From: Camelus dromedarius
Taxonomy: Eukaryota
Direction: 5' to 3'
Assembly (NCBI RefSeq): GCF_036321535.1
Contig: NC_087437.1
Coordinates: 87,422,001-87,486,000, forward strand
DNA: 64,000 nt
Made by a program: the position numbers and the translations under genes. Shown piece after piece: positions 1 to 13,531 of the stretch; the stretch's first letter is position 1, and every line of letters starts with the position of its first letter. Under the pieces are notes generated by a model. That model was not told the DNA's origin, searched no databases, and saw only the letters and a list, made by a program, of their open reading frames with translations.

Positions 1-1630
1 CTTCTCATAGTCATACTGAAAGGTTACAGACAAACAAGGAGAAAAAGCTCGAATAATCCACGGAATAGAGAATTTAAGTTGAAAACATCAATATGAATTC
101 ATGTTTACCTTAATACAGATGCACACAGAATTTTTAAGATAACTATACACATACGGTTTAGTCTACACGCCTGTATTTCCTTGTTCTATCAGCTGAGAAG
201 GTTAAGAAGCAATGACACTCTGATATCAATGAGTGTACCTAGCTCATAGATCTTGATTTCTTTAATACTAGACTCTAAGAAAAGGAACTAAGGAGCCTTA
301 AGAAATGGCTGATTCTAGGGATGAAGAAGAGAATATGAAAGATAAACCTAGAGAATCTTGTAGTGCCAGATAGTAAGGAACTTCTAAATAATAATAATAA
401 TGATGATTATAATAAGGGTACATTAACTAGAGAAGCCAACTGAAATAGCTCCCCATGGTAAAAGCTGGAACAATTTTAGTAGCAATATAAATGGATTATA
501 GTTAAAACTGTAAAATTAATATCCATAAGCCCATACTAATATAGATAAATGATCAAATAAGCAAACGTGTAGGTGAGAAAACACAAATACCCAGTATGGA
601 AGAATTCCAAACAAGTTACATAGATACTTTCCTCAAAGGAGTGCAGCATTACTCCTCAGTTCTTAAGTGTGATCTGTGCAGTGACTTCCTTCCGTGTCCA
701 GTATAGAAGAAAGAGAAAAAGCATGATATTGCAGTACAGTAGAGAAACTTGGCAAACACTATCTCAACCAAGTGATCAAGGTTATATCAAAATAGTCATG
801 TTTATATATGTGTTTTGTGCGATGTGATGAAAATGGCATTTTACCTCTGTGGTCTTCCTTCTAAAAACTATGAGCTCATTTTAATCATGTGAAGAACATT
901 AGACAAATCCCAAATGAGTTAGATTCTACAAAGCACCAACTCAGTACTCTTCAAAATTGTCAAGGTCATCAAAAACAAGCAAAATCTAAGAAGTTGTCAC
1001 AGCAAAGAGCAGTCTAAGGAGATAGCATGACTGCTATGATTTTAATGTTTGTCTCACACCCACCACCACCACCATATTTGAAATCCTATCCCCCAAAGGT
1101 GATGGTCTTTTGGAGGTGCTTAAGCCAGAAGTTGGACTCCTCATGAATGGGATTAGTACTCTAAAAAAGAAACTTCCTAGTCCTTTCTACCATGTTAGGA
1201 GATAGTGAGGAGGCACTAGCTTTGAATCAGGAAGAGGATCTTCACCAGAAGGTGACCATGCTGATGCCTTGATCTTGGACTTTACAGCCTCTAGAACTAT
1301 GAGCAGTTAAGTTTCTATTGTTCATAATCTACCCAATTGGTATTTTGTTATTACGGTCCAAATGCACTAAGACAGTGAATAATGTGATGTGGTATTGTGC
1401 ACTGGATCCAAAAACATAAAAAGAAAATTTAGTAAAAAATATGGAAATCTTCTCTGTTAATAATACCGCATCATTATTGACATCAGTTATTGTGACAAGT
1501 ATATCAAAATAATGTAAAGTGTTAAATAATAAAGGAAACTTAGGGTGGGTACATGCAAACTAGTTATCTTCTTAAACAGGGTATATGAAAACTATCTTCT
1601 TAAACCTCTAACTCTGAAACTATTCTGAAT
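1..1630 (+). mobile_element. Old L1 (L1MC/L1MD-like) 3' region, split by an MLT1A LTR at 1032-1374
   Basis: Motifs such as caatgagtgtacctagctcatagatcttg, aaatggctgattctaggg, aaaattgtcaaggtcatcaaaaacaag and an A-rich end (aaagtttatttaaaa, ~1634) resemble L1MC/MD 3' UTRs. Homologous to 63000-64000. Confidence 0.75.
1032..1374 (+). mobile_element. MaLR solo LTR (MLT1A-like)
   Basis: TG...CA ends (tgctatg...ctaagaca); core catgaatgggattagt, ttgatcttggacttt, cagcctctagaactatgag; degenerate 5-bp flanks atgac/gtgaa. Confidence 0.85.
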
Positions 1631-1939
1631 TTTAAAGTTTATTTAAAACATATAGAAAACACCCTTGATGATTGAGCCAATGTGCAAGATTTTGTATAAG
1701 TTTGTATGAACCTGAGATACAGAAGTTTCTGTCCCACTTCCTCTTTCCTTTCACGAAGTAATCCTTTCATTCCATTTCAAACTATGACATGATTGTAATA
1801 CTATTTATTGAATATTCTTCCTCCTGCTTTTCTTTTTTATCTTAGATATGGTTCTATAATTAACTCCTTGATTTTATATACATACATTTCTTTTTGCATT
1901 TTCTGACAGCCATGATCATTGTTTTATTCTGTGGACCAT

Positions 1940-2097
1940 TTAAAAAAACACAAGAAACTCTTATTAAAATTGCAGATTTGAAGGTCCTAATCAAGTTATT
2001 TTTATACAGTAGCCTGGGGTCAGACGCAGGAATCTGAATTTTTATTGATATTACAAGAAAAGATTATCTATTCCAAAATTTGAGAAACACTGGTCTA
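1940..2097. mobile_element. hAT-Charlie MITE remnant (MER5-like)
   Basis: caggaatctgaatttt and terminal tttgagaaacactggtcta resemble the MER5 terminal inverted repeat; highly diverged. Confidence 0.5.
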
Positions 2098-3009
2098 AGA
2101 TGTCTAGAGGTAGAGTCCTCATTTGTTCTTGTTTCTCCCCTATTTTTTTCTAATAATTTTATTGCTTGTATATGAAATTATCTTGCTGTGTACAGAAAAA
2201 AATTGTTGGACACCAATTATTCCCTTGCTTTTTCAAATGAGTTTCTTGATTAAATAATTCTAAAACTCTTGTTGGTGTTGTAGATTTTAATAGACATGCT
2301 AGAAGTTGGCAAATGTTGGCATATTTCTGCTACTTTTAAGTAGGTCCCCCAATTTTAATCATTTCTCTTGTATTTGTAATTTTTTCTGTTTTAAAAGAAA
2401 TTTACTTAATCATCAATCCATTTTCCAAGTTTCTAGTATTTTTTATAATCTGACCATCTCCATCTAGCAATATACTAACACTTCAAATTTAGAATGTCTA
2501 AAATTGACTCCGTTTTTTTCTCTTTCTGCTCTTTCTTTGGTGTTTATATTTCAGTTATTGGCAACACTAGTCTCTAAACCTGATATCTTGGAACTATCTT
2601 TGTGTTATTCCTTTCCATTGTCTTATGTATCAGGCTCAGTATCAAAATATAACAAAATTTTCTCATTCTACTCTTCCTTTTCTTGGTGGACACTATCACA
2701 ACTTAAGTAGTTATTTCCTATCTGAAATCTTGATATCACATCCATTCCCAAAGCATAACTCTGATCTGTCACCACTCATAATGACCACTGTAAATTAGTG
2801 GCTAATAAATGTAGTTGATATGGTTTATTGAAATCATCCATGGGTCTCTTTTAGAAGTGACAACTATGTTTTTCTTTCTGTAGGGGTTTGTTGAGCTTGG
2901 TGAACTGTATCATTTTCACATTTCCCAATGCAAAATTACTTCGCTTGAATTACTGGTTTAATGACAACAGACCTTCCAGTCATCCAACTAAGATATGTAC
3001 AGACATGTA

Positions 3010-3387
3010 TGTAATACACAGTTAGCTGTGGCTGCCCTAATAAAGTACCACAGACTGAATGACTTAAGCAATAGAATATTTACTTTCTCGTAGTTCTGGA
3101 GGCGAGAACCCTGAGACCAAAACATCAACATGGTTTCTTCTGAGACCTCTCTCCTTAGCTTATAGATCGTTATCTTCTACTTGTTTCCCTCCATGGTCTC
3201 CCGTGTGTGCCTGTGTGTGTCCTTTTCTTCTTATTGGGACACCAGTCATACTGGATTGAGGCCCACCTTAATGATCTCCTTTTAACCTAATTACCTCTTA
3301 AGACCCTATCTTCAATTAGTCACATTTTGAAGTTCGAGGGGTTAGGATTACAACATATGAATTTCAGACACAAAATCAACATATACA
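3010..3387 (-). mobile_element. MaLR solo LTR (MLT1B/C-like)
   Basis: ggctgcc...aaagtaccacagactg, agttctggagg, ggacaccagtcatactggatt, gggttaggattacaacatatgaattt are reverse-strand MLT1 motifs. Confidence 0.85.
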
Positions 3388-4399
3388 TATGCAGGAAACA
3401 ATGAATGGTTATGCATAAGCTGAGGTTAAAATTATTTATTGAGTATTGATCTTGTTAAGTACTTGAGAAATCTAGTTCAATGAAGGAATAAGGCATGGTC
3501 TTAGGGTCAAAAGGCACATAACCTATTGATATGCAAGAGACTGGAATAGACACTATCACTGAGGTAAATATAGATATCATGGAACATGCAAATGAAGAAA
3601 CTACCTGAGATAATCAGGCAAGATCATCCGACTGAAATATTCTCCTTGTGGCATGTGAGTCTGTCCTTCTACACAGCTGTTGTATAAGCTGTCCACTCTG
3701 AAACCCTCTGATTGTCCCATTACATTTTCCCTGGCTAACTCCTACTCTAGTTTAAACGTCCCCACCTCTCGTAATGCACCTTGTATGTTCCCCTGGCACC
3801 GACCTTTTACTTCCTTTATCAAAACACTCATCAAATTTTATTGTAATTTTAAGAGTATATTGCCCTCTTACCTGAAATGTAAAAGTCATTGCTTTAATGG
3901 CATGTTTTTATTAATGTATTTCAGTAATGATTTTTTCCCTAATAGCTGACCGTACAGATGGAAGAAATGGTGCTCAGGTAACATTTGTGAAATGATTGTG
4001 AACAAATGTGAATGAATTAATGAAAACCACCACTGGATAACAAATTAACCCTTTTCATATTTAACAGAACTTTATGTCAAGTTTTCTGAGAGCTAAAAAC
4101 TCAACTAACAAATAGTGTCTGCAGTTTCTTTTTCTCTTGAACAAACTTCATGACTTTCCATGTTAAAACCCCCTTTGCTGTTCTAAAGAAATACTGCAAC
4201 TCCTTTACTTTTCAAATGTGTGTATAAATCTCTATTCAGATATGTATTGTACTTGGTTTTAAAAATTTATATTTAAATATATTTTTAAAGCATACAGTAT
4301 CACTCTTTTGAAGTTTGTTTACTTCTGGGTTCATGGGCCTTACTTCCTAGGGTATGCACCAAAACAACTTGTGGAAAGGTAGGATTAGAGAATGTGAAA

Positions 4400-4823
4400 T
4401 AAGAAGACGTATCTCTCACTATATAGATCTACATATAGGTCTCTGGTCCTAGTTCCCAACACAGAGCTCCTAAAACCATTGTAATGTCCTGAATGATAGA
4501 GGTGCTCAGAGCATCTTACACAGAACTCCTTTGAAATTCCCTGGGTGATATGAGCATCTTTTCTTCTAAAGAGGGAACTCTTGGTGGGCTCCTGAATTGG
4601 AGCTGATCACCAGAAAGACCAAACCATGATTAGAAGCTAGAAACTTTCAGCCCCATCCCCCTTCCTCTGGGGACGGGAGGAGGGCTTGAGATCAATTATG
4701 CCTGTATGATGAAGTTTCCATAAAAATGCTAACGTCCAGGGTTCAGAGATCTTCTGGATGGATGATACATCCACATGCCAGGAAGGTGACACATCCCAAA
4801 TCTATGGGGACAAAATAAGTTTC
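4400..4823 (+). mobile_element. ERV LTR fragment, MER21-like
   Basis: cacagagctcctaaaacc, caccagaaagaccaaaccatgattagaag, gggttcagagatcttctgg, ccaggaaggtgacacatccc. Ends abruptly where a second LTR begins; left boundary approximate. Confidence 0.7.
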
Positions 4824-5201
4824 TGATATGGCTTCCCCAACAGCCCTTGTGATCAACAGTGTCCCCTTCTCCCAGTGCTTTGCTTGTGTGCCTCTTAGAC
4901 AAGACCCCAGTGGAGTTTACCAAAACCCTCAATTTAGGTTTGAATTGACCAATCTGGCCTTCACCAGAAAACCCCAAAGCTCTCTAATAAAAACCCTAAT
5001 GAAGGCATGAGCCCTAGGTCCTATAGCTCTCTGTCTGCATTCTTCCTTAACCTCCCTATGTGGAACCCTCAAGGTGTACTCTGTACTTCCTCCAGGACCT
5101 ATGAGCAATAAACTCTATTTCAGTTTCTCTTGTGGCCCACAGCTTACCATGTGGCTCCTTGTTATCCACTTTGCAAGTTTTAATTTGAAACATTCATAAC
5201 A
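4824..5201 (+). mobile_element. Probable ERV solo LTR, family not recognised
   Basis: Starts TGATA and ends TAACA; CCAAT at ~4949, TATA-like ctaataaaa at ~4984, AATAAA at ~5107; 4-bp flanks tttc/tatc. Confidence 0.6.
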
Positions 5202-5448
5202 TATCATAAATATATTGTAGATAATATGTTACAGATAAAAATCAAAGACAAGTTGGGGCCTCTCTTCTTGGCATATATGGCATTATGATTATTTTTGTTA
5301 TTGTTTGTTAATCATATTAGCTTTAAAAACATTCTATAAAGTTCTTAAATATTTGTGTACTTTTCTATCCTGTAACAAATTCACAGCTTTTGCCTATATC
5401 ACATCTTAATTGTGTGAGGTGTGTACTGGTTAAATTTTAAAAAAATAC

Positions 5449-5748
5449 TTTATTTTATTTTTTTATTGACATATAGCTGATTTACAATATTGTGTTAGTC
5501 AGGTATACAGCAAAGTGATTCAGTTATACATATACATATGCATATAGTCTTTTTTCAGATTCTTTTCCATTATAGTTTATTACAAGATATTGAATATGGT
5601 TCCCTGTACTATACTGTAGGGACATTGTTGTTTATCTATTTTATATATAGTAGTGTGTATATGTTAATCCCAAACCTCTAATTTATTCCTCCCCCCATGT
5701 CTTCCCTCTTTGATAACCATAGTTTGTTGTCTGTCTGTGAGTCTATAT
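5449..5748 (-). mobile_element. 5'-truncated L1 3' UTR (cetartiodactyl type)
   Basis: T-rich head then ttattgacatatagctgatttacaat...gtgattcagttatacat...ttccctgtactata...tgtgagtct; homologous to 19880, 27778 and 59122. Confidence 0.85.
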
Positions 5749-8700
5749 TTTATATCTATAAATATATATAATATTTTAAAATATAAAAAATATTTTAAAT
5801 AATCATTTTTATTACATCAAGTTAGATAAGTTATGGAAGCATTAGGAATAGTCCCTTTCTAGAGGAAGAAGTTAATGATTACCTTCAGCTTTAGATAGTT
5901 TTAAAGAATTTGAACAAGCTATAGAACTTAATTCTACAGACACTCCTAATATTTGCATTACTTAATGTCTTAATGGAAATCTCTTCATTCTTTGTCTTTT
6001 GAGTTCATTCTCCTCATTGTTAGTATTTCCTAATGCTTCCTTTTTTACAGTATTTTATGTGCCTGTCTTGGCACCTGATCAGAAGAGGAAGGCATAAAAT
6101 TCATACAATGCTTTAACCTTGTTTTCATTCCAGAGACAGATCTCCCCTTAAGGACCAATTTCTGAGAATTCAGACACCTGGTCTCTTGAAGCAAACCCTG
6201 GAGGAGAGCTCCTAATCATCTTTCAGTGTTCACATACAAATGGAATATAATTTTAAACTTTAAAAAATGATGTAAGTATGCATACTCATAGTTAATCTCT
6301 ATATAACATTCTGAAGAAACTTAGGCTCTTTTCGAGCAGGATATGCAGTAGAATTCTGCAACTGAAGAGGAAAATATTGCCTCTAATAAAAGTTAGAACC
6401 TCAGGGTCATTGCTATTTTGGGACCAAACAGGTCATGTATTACATAGGTTTATATTAAATACATTTGCAGAGTGTAAGATCACATAATTATAATCCTTCA
6501 AGCATTTATTGAGTGACTTATATAGGTGAGGTACTGTGGATGACACAATGAATGTCAGACATTAACACAATTAACAAAAATAATGTATCTAGAAAATTAT
6601 TTCATTCTGTGTTAATGACAATATCTATAAAAGCAACTTTGGAATCTCTTTTTCTGGTTCAACATGAGTTGTACATTAAGACATCAAAATTAAGTACCAG
6701 TTTATTGTTGTTAGATGTGAAAGAAATGATGGATGGCCCAGAGTTTTTACAGTCACTCAGCAAATTATTATCTATATTTCTGTATTTCTCTTCTGAAAGC
6801 TACTGTACTCAGACTGAAGTTCCATAACTTTATTAATAGAGCCCTAAATCCTGATATTGTTCTCTTTACTGTAAATAGTTCTCCTGTTTATAATATCCTC
6901 CAACTTTCTTAGCAACTCTCAGAGGAAGTAGATTAATACGAATTTTCCTCTTACATTTGGCTAGCTGAAGTTCATACAAAAACAAAGTCCGTGTCCTATA
7001 CATTGACAGCACTTCTGCCTTTTGCCTTTTTGTGTGCGGTTGTGAAAATAAGGAAAGGTCTGAGAGAATTAAAATCTTAGCCTTTGGGCTCCATGGTAGA
7101 TGCATCATTGAACTATCCAGGGTTGTCAGGGGTCTTAGCTCTGTGAAGGAAACTAAAACACAAACTTTAGGGAAAATAGACTTACTTTCCTTTTGACCTG
7201 AGTACATTTTCTTTCTGCTTTGCTGTTCCTTAGACAAATGTTATTTCCTGTGATGCTTACCACAGTAGGCTATTTTGTTGAAAGTTTCTAAGTTTCTTTT
7301 GATCTCTTTGGATAAATGTCACTGAATAAGGACACTATATAATAATGGGCACCATCTTCATCATACAGTAATTATACAAAGGATCAAATAGGAAGAAACC
7401 AATCCTTTTAAATGCAAAGCATTTAAGTCCACTCAGGTTCTCTCTGTAGTATATATTCATGTATTATACTAGCTTTCCTCAAGAAGAGTCACTATCAATT
7501 ACAGGTGTGAATATATTTATTTATCAGTTCGAAAAAAGCTACCAGATAGGTTAACCAGTGAATAACATTTCCTTTCTTGGAATGTATAAATAAGCCTCTC
7601 ACGAAAAGACCTGCTCAAACCTTCGTGATGGATTTCCTTGTCATTTTGTAGCTGTATCATCATCTTTTTGTGAATGTGTTATACCTACATTACACTGCCA
7701 CCGAAGACTCATGCTTCACCATGATGGCTCTCACATGGTTGGGCTCAGAATTCTAACTTTGAAAATTCCCAGATTAAAGTAAGTTTATGCCCTGCTATAT
7801 ACTGTATATCTACAGGGACATAATTCATGAGCATTATTCCTGAGATACAGACAACAATTAATTATCAGATTCTTTCTTAGAACTGATTGTAGGAAAACCC
7901 AACTTTTCGGGCCATGGACTGAGTCTAATATATATGGGGCTCTATCAAGAGAAATTCTTTTCTTTTATGTGTTATATTAGGTAACTCATGGAAAAAATAA
8001 ACTACAAAATGTTAGATATTTTACTTATTAATATTTATATGAATTTTTCTCCCCAGTATTTACTGATTTTGTTTTATCTACCCATGACTAAACTAACAGG
8101 TTTATTTAATCTATACACTACTAAAAAAACTATGAAATAATCACTTGATAAATCATCTGCTTCTTATCCTATACGTGGACAATGGCCCCAGTTCTTAAGC
8201 CCTGACTCTATAAGGCTGTTTTTTTGTTTGTTTTTTTACTTCTGAAAACCTACTCTCTAATTTCCTATTCCATCCCTTGCCATTTAACAGGGATGTCTTC
8301 CTATCTTTTCAACTCTTTGTCATGGGGTACTGATGTTTTCTCATTTTGTCACCAGATTCTTTCCTATATATTATGTGATGTTTGCAACTAGATTTAGATG
8401 AGAAGTTTCTCATTTTGGAGGGGGTGGATGAGTGAGAAGGAAGGACAAGAAAAAATCATTTTCCCTCTCTTTAAACCTATTGTAATGTATTTTAAAAGTT
8501 ATTTATACTTTTAAAGTTAGTCCTGCAAAAGCAGAGATAATCTACTGGACATTTTATAAAGTCCAATACTTAATGTTTTAAGAGCAGCTCCAGAAAATTA
8601 CATAGTTGTATATTGGTTCTTATGCAAAGTATAATATGTTTTCATAGTGGGAAAAATTTTAATCAGCAGGTTTAAAAAGTAAAAATAGGCATAACTGCCT

Positions 8701-9224
8701 TCTAATGAGATAGAACAATTTAATACTGGTTGTGCATACACTATTTTATCAATAATCAAAGCATCAAAGCCTTTATAAACAAATGCAACAGCTTAAATTG
8801 AAAAAAAAATTAAATAAAAAACAATGATATCACTATTCAAGAAAAAAAAGAAATCCTTTTAACAGATGCCTCTTTACACAAGATACAATATTGGTTGGCT
8901 TAGTATTAAGAGAAGCTATTCTGTGAGCTGGGAGGGGCCCTCGACATGCTGTGTGTGGCGTGTTACTGTGAGGTACTTGTATTAGGACCACTTGGATATG
9001 TGGAGAGAAACAATGCTGTGGTTACACTACAGATCTCAGTCTCTCCCAACCTGGAACTTAAGTATCTTAGGAAATACATTCTTTCTTTTCCTTCCCACTA
9101 AGTTTTTTTGTCTTTTTATTTTACCTAATAGCAGTAGAATCTGTTAATATGTTGTGTTTCAAACATTTGCTTGAGCCCTGCTCTTAAGCAATTCAATCAC
9201 AAATTTTCATTGGTTTTACAGATT

Positions 9225-9390
9225 TTTTTACAATTTTTTAATAGTTAATATATAAAATTATATGTTACAGGTGAACAATATAATGGTTCACAATTTTTAA
9301 AGTTTATATTCCATTTATAGTTAATATAAAATATTTGCTATATTCCCTATGTTGTACAATATACCTTATTTTATACTTAATTGTTTATAA
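9225..9390 (-). mobile_element. Short L1 3' end fragment
   Basis: gttacaggtgaacaatataatggttcacaatttttaaag...gctatattccctatgttgtacaatat resembles the other reverse L1 3' ends in the window. Confidence 0.65.
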
Positions 9391-9449
9391 GAAACATGTT
9401 CTTAATTAATGGCAAAGAACAGAGGTAGTAAGGTGGTAGAGAGAAACTG

Positions 9450-9570
9450 TCTTCTATTGACTACCTAAATTAGTTGGGGATTGTGCTAAATACTTGTTTT
9501 ATTTTATGTAATATTTACAACTCTAAGAGGTAGAGTTTTAGTTCTGATTTTACAGATGAGGAAAATCTAT
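9450..9570 (-). mobile_element. MIR fragment
   Basis: MIR core attttacagatgaggaaa at ~9548. Confidence 0.6.
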
Positions 9571-9573
9571 AAA

Positions 9574-9722
9574 CAGTGTCAGCAACATAATTTGTGGGCC
9601 CCAACAGACAATAAAAATGCTAGGCCCATTGTTCAAAAAGGAGGAAAAAGTTTTTCTTTCTCCTACAGTTTTTTTTTTTTTAATTTGCTGTTTAATATCA
9701 CCCTCCCATAGACAAGCAGTGA
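9574..9722 (-). mobile_element. hAT-Tip100 MITE fragment (MER45-like)
   Basis: cagtgtcagcaacataatttgtgggcccc...aaaatgctaggcccattgttcaaaaa matches the recalled reverse complement of the MER45 terminus. Confidence 0.7.
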
Positions 9723-10059
9723 TGTGCCTTTTCGTTTAATTATTTAGTGTCTGACTTACCTCTCTAGAATATAAGTTCCAGGAGATCATGGACCAGGTTA
9801 ACCTAAATGGGATATTTTGATTTTTTATAAACAGATGCATAATGAACAAATTTATCTGAGTTTCTGAGTTCTCTTAAATTTATGCCCAGCTTAAGTATTA
9901 CATCCCTGATTGCTAATGTTGGCATTCATCACTTAAGACAAAGTTTACCAAATGTGTCTGATCATAAGACTCACTATTTTCGCTTGTTAAAACCACTCTT
10001 ATTTTCTGTCCCCAATGCCAGGAGATTTTCATAAAATTGATCAATCAGAAGGATAACTT

Positions 10060-10580
10060 GCAAATTGATATCATATACTACTCCCCTGCATAAGGCATTC
10101 CAATGGCTTCCTATTCTACATAAAATGAAATTTACATCCCTTGTTCTGGTATATATGTCAATTCTTTTTAACTTTCTCTCCCACCGCTGCTTGTATGCTC
10201 AACCTATAGGTTTTTTTTTTTAATATCCTGCGCTTTGTAAATGCCAGGTTTATTTCTGCCTTTGTATTTGCAATTCCATGTGGCTGGAACATCCCTCTGA
10301 TGCCTTCATGGAAGCCACATTCAGATCATTCAGGCTCCCTTCCATTACTATCTCTTGTACTGAATCTTCCTAACCACACAAATGGAGTCTCCTAGAACTC
10401 TTTCATTTTGTCTTGTTCACATGTTAGCATATAACTACTCAAATTTATCCTACTTGTTAATTACTTAGTAGCTTATTAGCTTTCTAGAATATAAGCTCTA
10501 GGAGGTCATGTACCTTGTTAGTCTTACTCTCTTTTACAATCCCAGCACCTGGATTGTCAATCAATAAATATGCATTAATA
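10060..10580 (+). mobile_element. L2 3' region
   Basis: caatggcttcctatt, ggctggaacatccc, ctagaatataagctct, cccagcacctgg, tcaataaata. Confidence 0.7.
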
Positions 10581-11655
10581 CTTCGCCCCATTCTTTATCT
10601 TCACTACACCCTATACATTCACCTTAATAATTTTTCTGACTTTACATTTGAAAGAAAGGTTATGACATTTGACATTTCTTGACCGACATCTCACCCCCAC
10701 ATGGCTCTTGTTAAATTATTTAAATACCACTGAATGGTATAAAACATTGACAGTTTTTGATCCTAAAACTATCATACCCAAGGTAAAATATTCAGTATTC
10801 TCTATTATCATGGCTGAGTTTAGAAAGGTATAAATTAGAGAGTAGAGACAGAATGATGACCAGATACTTAATCAGATTAGCCACTGTATAAATTGCTTGC
10901 TATTAGCTACACTGGCAATTTGTTGGTAGTTAGGAAATGGTTGGATTTTTTCTACTATTGTCCAATTTATATCATTTGCATATGAAATGTCAGGAGTTTC
11001 AAAAGGTAAAAAATATTTAAAAACAATATATGTAAACTATGCTTTATACATAGGTAGAGAGACTCTCATAATCTAAATATGGTCCTGGCATCACCACTTG
11101 AGAAGCTCAGCTTTGGAATGTAGTATATTTATTTAAAGTTATTCAAAATCTGGGATGTGTTTATCTCTACATAATGTTCTTGTTACCATTTATTTCCTGA
11201 AAGTACTAACTTGCAATATTTTAAAATTTAGTTAAACTACATTTAAAAACTTCAACAACTGCTCTTTTATGTTATATATTTAGTACTTTCATTTATAAAA
11301 TGGTACAGTTAAATCAGAAAGAGAAGAAATTTAAAATGGCTCATCCTAACCAAATAATCACCATCAACATTTTCATATATAATATGTATGCATATATATT
11401 AAATAAAGGACCCATACTGGACATGTTTTATAACTTTCATTTTTTACTTGACAGTATGTATTTTGTTTAATATATAGTTTATTTTCTCATGTAAGTAATT
11501 AGATATTATTTTTAATATTTAAAATAATATATATAGAAATTCACTATATGATTGTAACTATAAGAAGCATACTTGCAGTTGATGACTTTACGTTAATTTA
11601 TTTGACTTATTCAGTACTCAGAATACTTATACTTACTGCTGTCTTTAGTATTCTC

Positions 11656-12051
11656 TGTACTAGTCTATTGGGCTGTCATATAAAATACCACAGACTGGGT
11701 AACTTAACAGAAACTTATTTTCTCACAGTTCTGAGTGCTGGAAATCTGAGATCAAGGTGCCACCATGGTTGGGTTCTGGTGAGTCTCTACCCTGGCTTGT
11801 AAATGTCTGCCCTCTCTTCTGTCTTCACATGAAACAGAGAGACAGAGAGACAGAGCTAACACAACACACATGAGAGAGCACTCTCTGGTGTCTTCTTAAA
11901 GCACACTGATCTAATTGGATCAGAACACCACCCTTATAACCACAATCAACCTTATTTACCTGATAAAGGCCCTATCTCTAAGTCTCTAAATATAAGCACA
12001 TTGGGTGGGGTGGGGCTTCAACATGTGAATATGGTAATTCAGTCATTAACA
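11656..12051 (-). mobile_element. MaLR solo LTR (MLT1A-like) with intact 5-bp TSD
   Basis: TG...CA ends flanked by an exact ttctc duplication (11651-11655 and 12052-12056); aaataccacagactggg, tttctcacagttctg, gagatcaaggtgcc. Confidence 0.9.
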
Positions 12052-13531
12052 TTCTCATAATAAGCAAAATTAAATTAATGCATCTTGGTACTGTTTTTAA
12101 AATCACAGAAATTGAGATTTATGTTATTTTTCTAATAGCTTAAAAGCATATAAAGTAGGTCAATAAGACTTCTCTAATAAGAAACAAGTACATAATATTT
12201 ATAGGCATCTTTGCAGGGAAAACAGAGTTTCAGAGAGCCATAGAGATTTGCCAAAGTCACACACTATGCATATAAACTCACATATTCTAAATCCAAGATC
12301 CATACAGTAGTATCTAGTTTTCACACTTACACAATAGCTAAGTAACCACAACTGTGTAAAGTGAAATCAAAGAAATAAAAATGCTGTTATGTGTTTTTAT
12401 GGAACATTACATTGGTTTGAAATGTAATAGTCTATTTTTACCAAAATACCTAATCTTCCTTAGAGGTTATTCTTAAAATAGTCAACGCTTTTTGGTTTTT
12501 GTTTTTAAGTGTATCATTTGATGTATTCTGTTGAGTTTGGTCATGATTTCAAACTCTGCTGCCAGAAAGTATTTTTTGGGGGGGTGTGTGTGTGTGTTGT
12601 GCCTGATTTAAACTGATGGAGAGACTTTTCCTCCAAACGGTTGTCCTGTACAGAGTGCTGTGCTGGTTCCATGAAATGAACTGCAAATTCTGTCCTATAT
12701 TCTCCTGTGTCTGTGTCTCCCTAAGCCAGAGGTGAGCATGGAATAATATCCAAATAACCACCCTCATCATTCTTGGCAGATGTCAGTCTCCTGAAGCAAA
12801 GAAAATTTCCTGACACATAACAGAGTTTCAACGTGCCAGTGTCAATGTTTTACTTAATATTGCAAGTGTGATTGTACCAAATGTATGTAATACAGTTTGG
12901 CTTACGTGCTTCATGGTTTTCTCAAAAAAAAAAAAAAAAAAAAAAAGATTTCTCTATTAGTCTGCAGTGATATCCTTAATGCTGTAATTCTCAAATGACA
13001 CACAAAATGGAGTATGTGATTTCTTCCCAGAAAGTAAATCTTCCAAAAAAAAATTAAATGGTTCTAAAAAGGCTCTAAATTTAGTAAGCTCAAAATTGTT
13101 GATTATTGACTGCCCTGAAGAAGATGAGCTTATTTTTGAGGAAAGACATAATCCACTTAATATGTTTGCTAGATGGAATTCTAAGTATATTTAAATGGCA
13201 TGATTTTAAACTAGATAGCAACTGAGAATTTAAATGGATTCTGTTCTAGTATCTTTCTTCTAAAGAATAAGACTTTAAGTTGAAAATTTAAAAAAAAACC
13301 TCTTTCTAAGTAGGAATAGTACAAGAAATAGAAATATGTACAACTTGACAGGACTTTGAGGATTGTATTCCTTGTAATTGTGTCCTTTTGCTTGAAAATG
13401 TTACTATAATTTTATTTATTTTTCTTAAGTAGAGAATCTAATTATACTTATGAGCACTCATAACAAATTGCATTGAGTTGATTTAACAACACTTATACAG
13501 AATCTTCAAATGATTAAAGGATGAGCATTTC

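Noticed and set aside
1547..1605. Short tandem duplications (also ~51829-51868 and 61443-61477) as CRISPR-like or regulatory arrays
   Set aside because: Two copies only and no spacers; ordinary slippage duplications in mammalian DNA.
6552..7237. 91-aa and 123-aa ORFs in unique sequence
   Set aside because: No domain signature or coding bias; lengths are compatible with chance.
7652..7778. Possible 127-nt exon (ttttgtag...aaa|gtaagt)
   Set aside because: One open frame with an unrecognised peptide; such site pairs are common by chance.
12924..12946. A23 run as a solo poly(A) retro-insertion
   Set aside because: The flank similarity (ttttctc/atttctc) is too weak to call a TSD.
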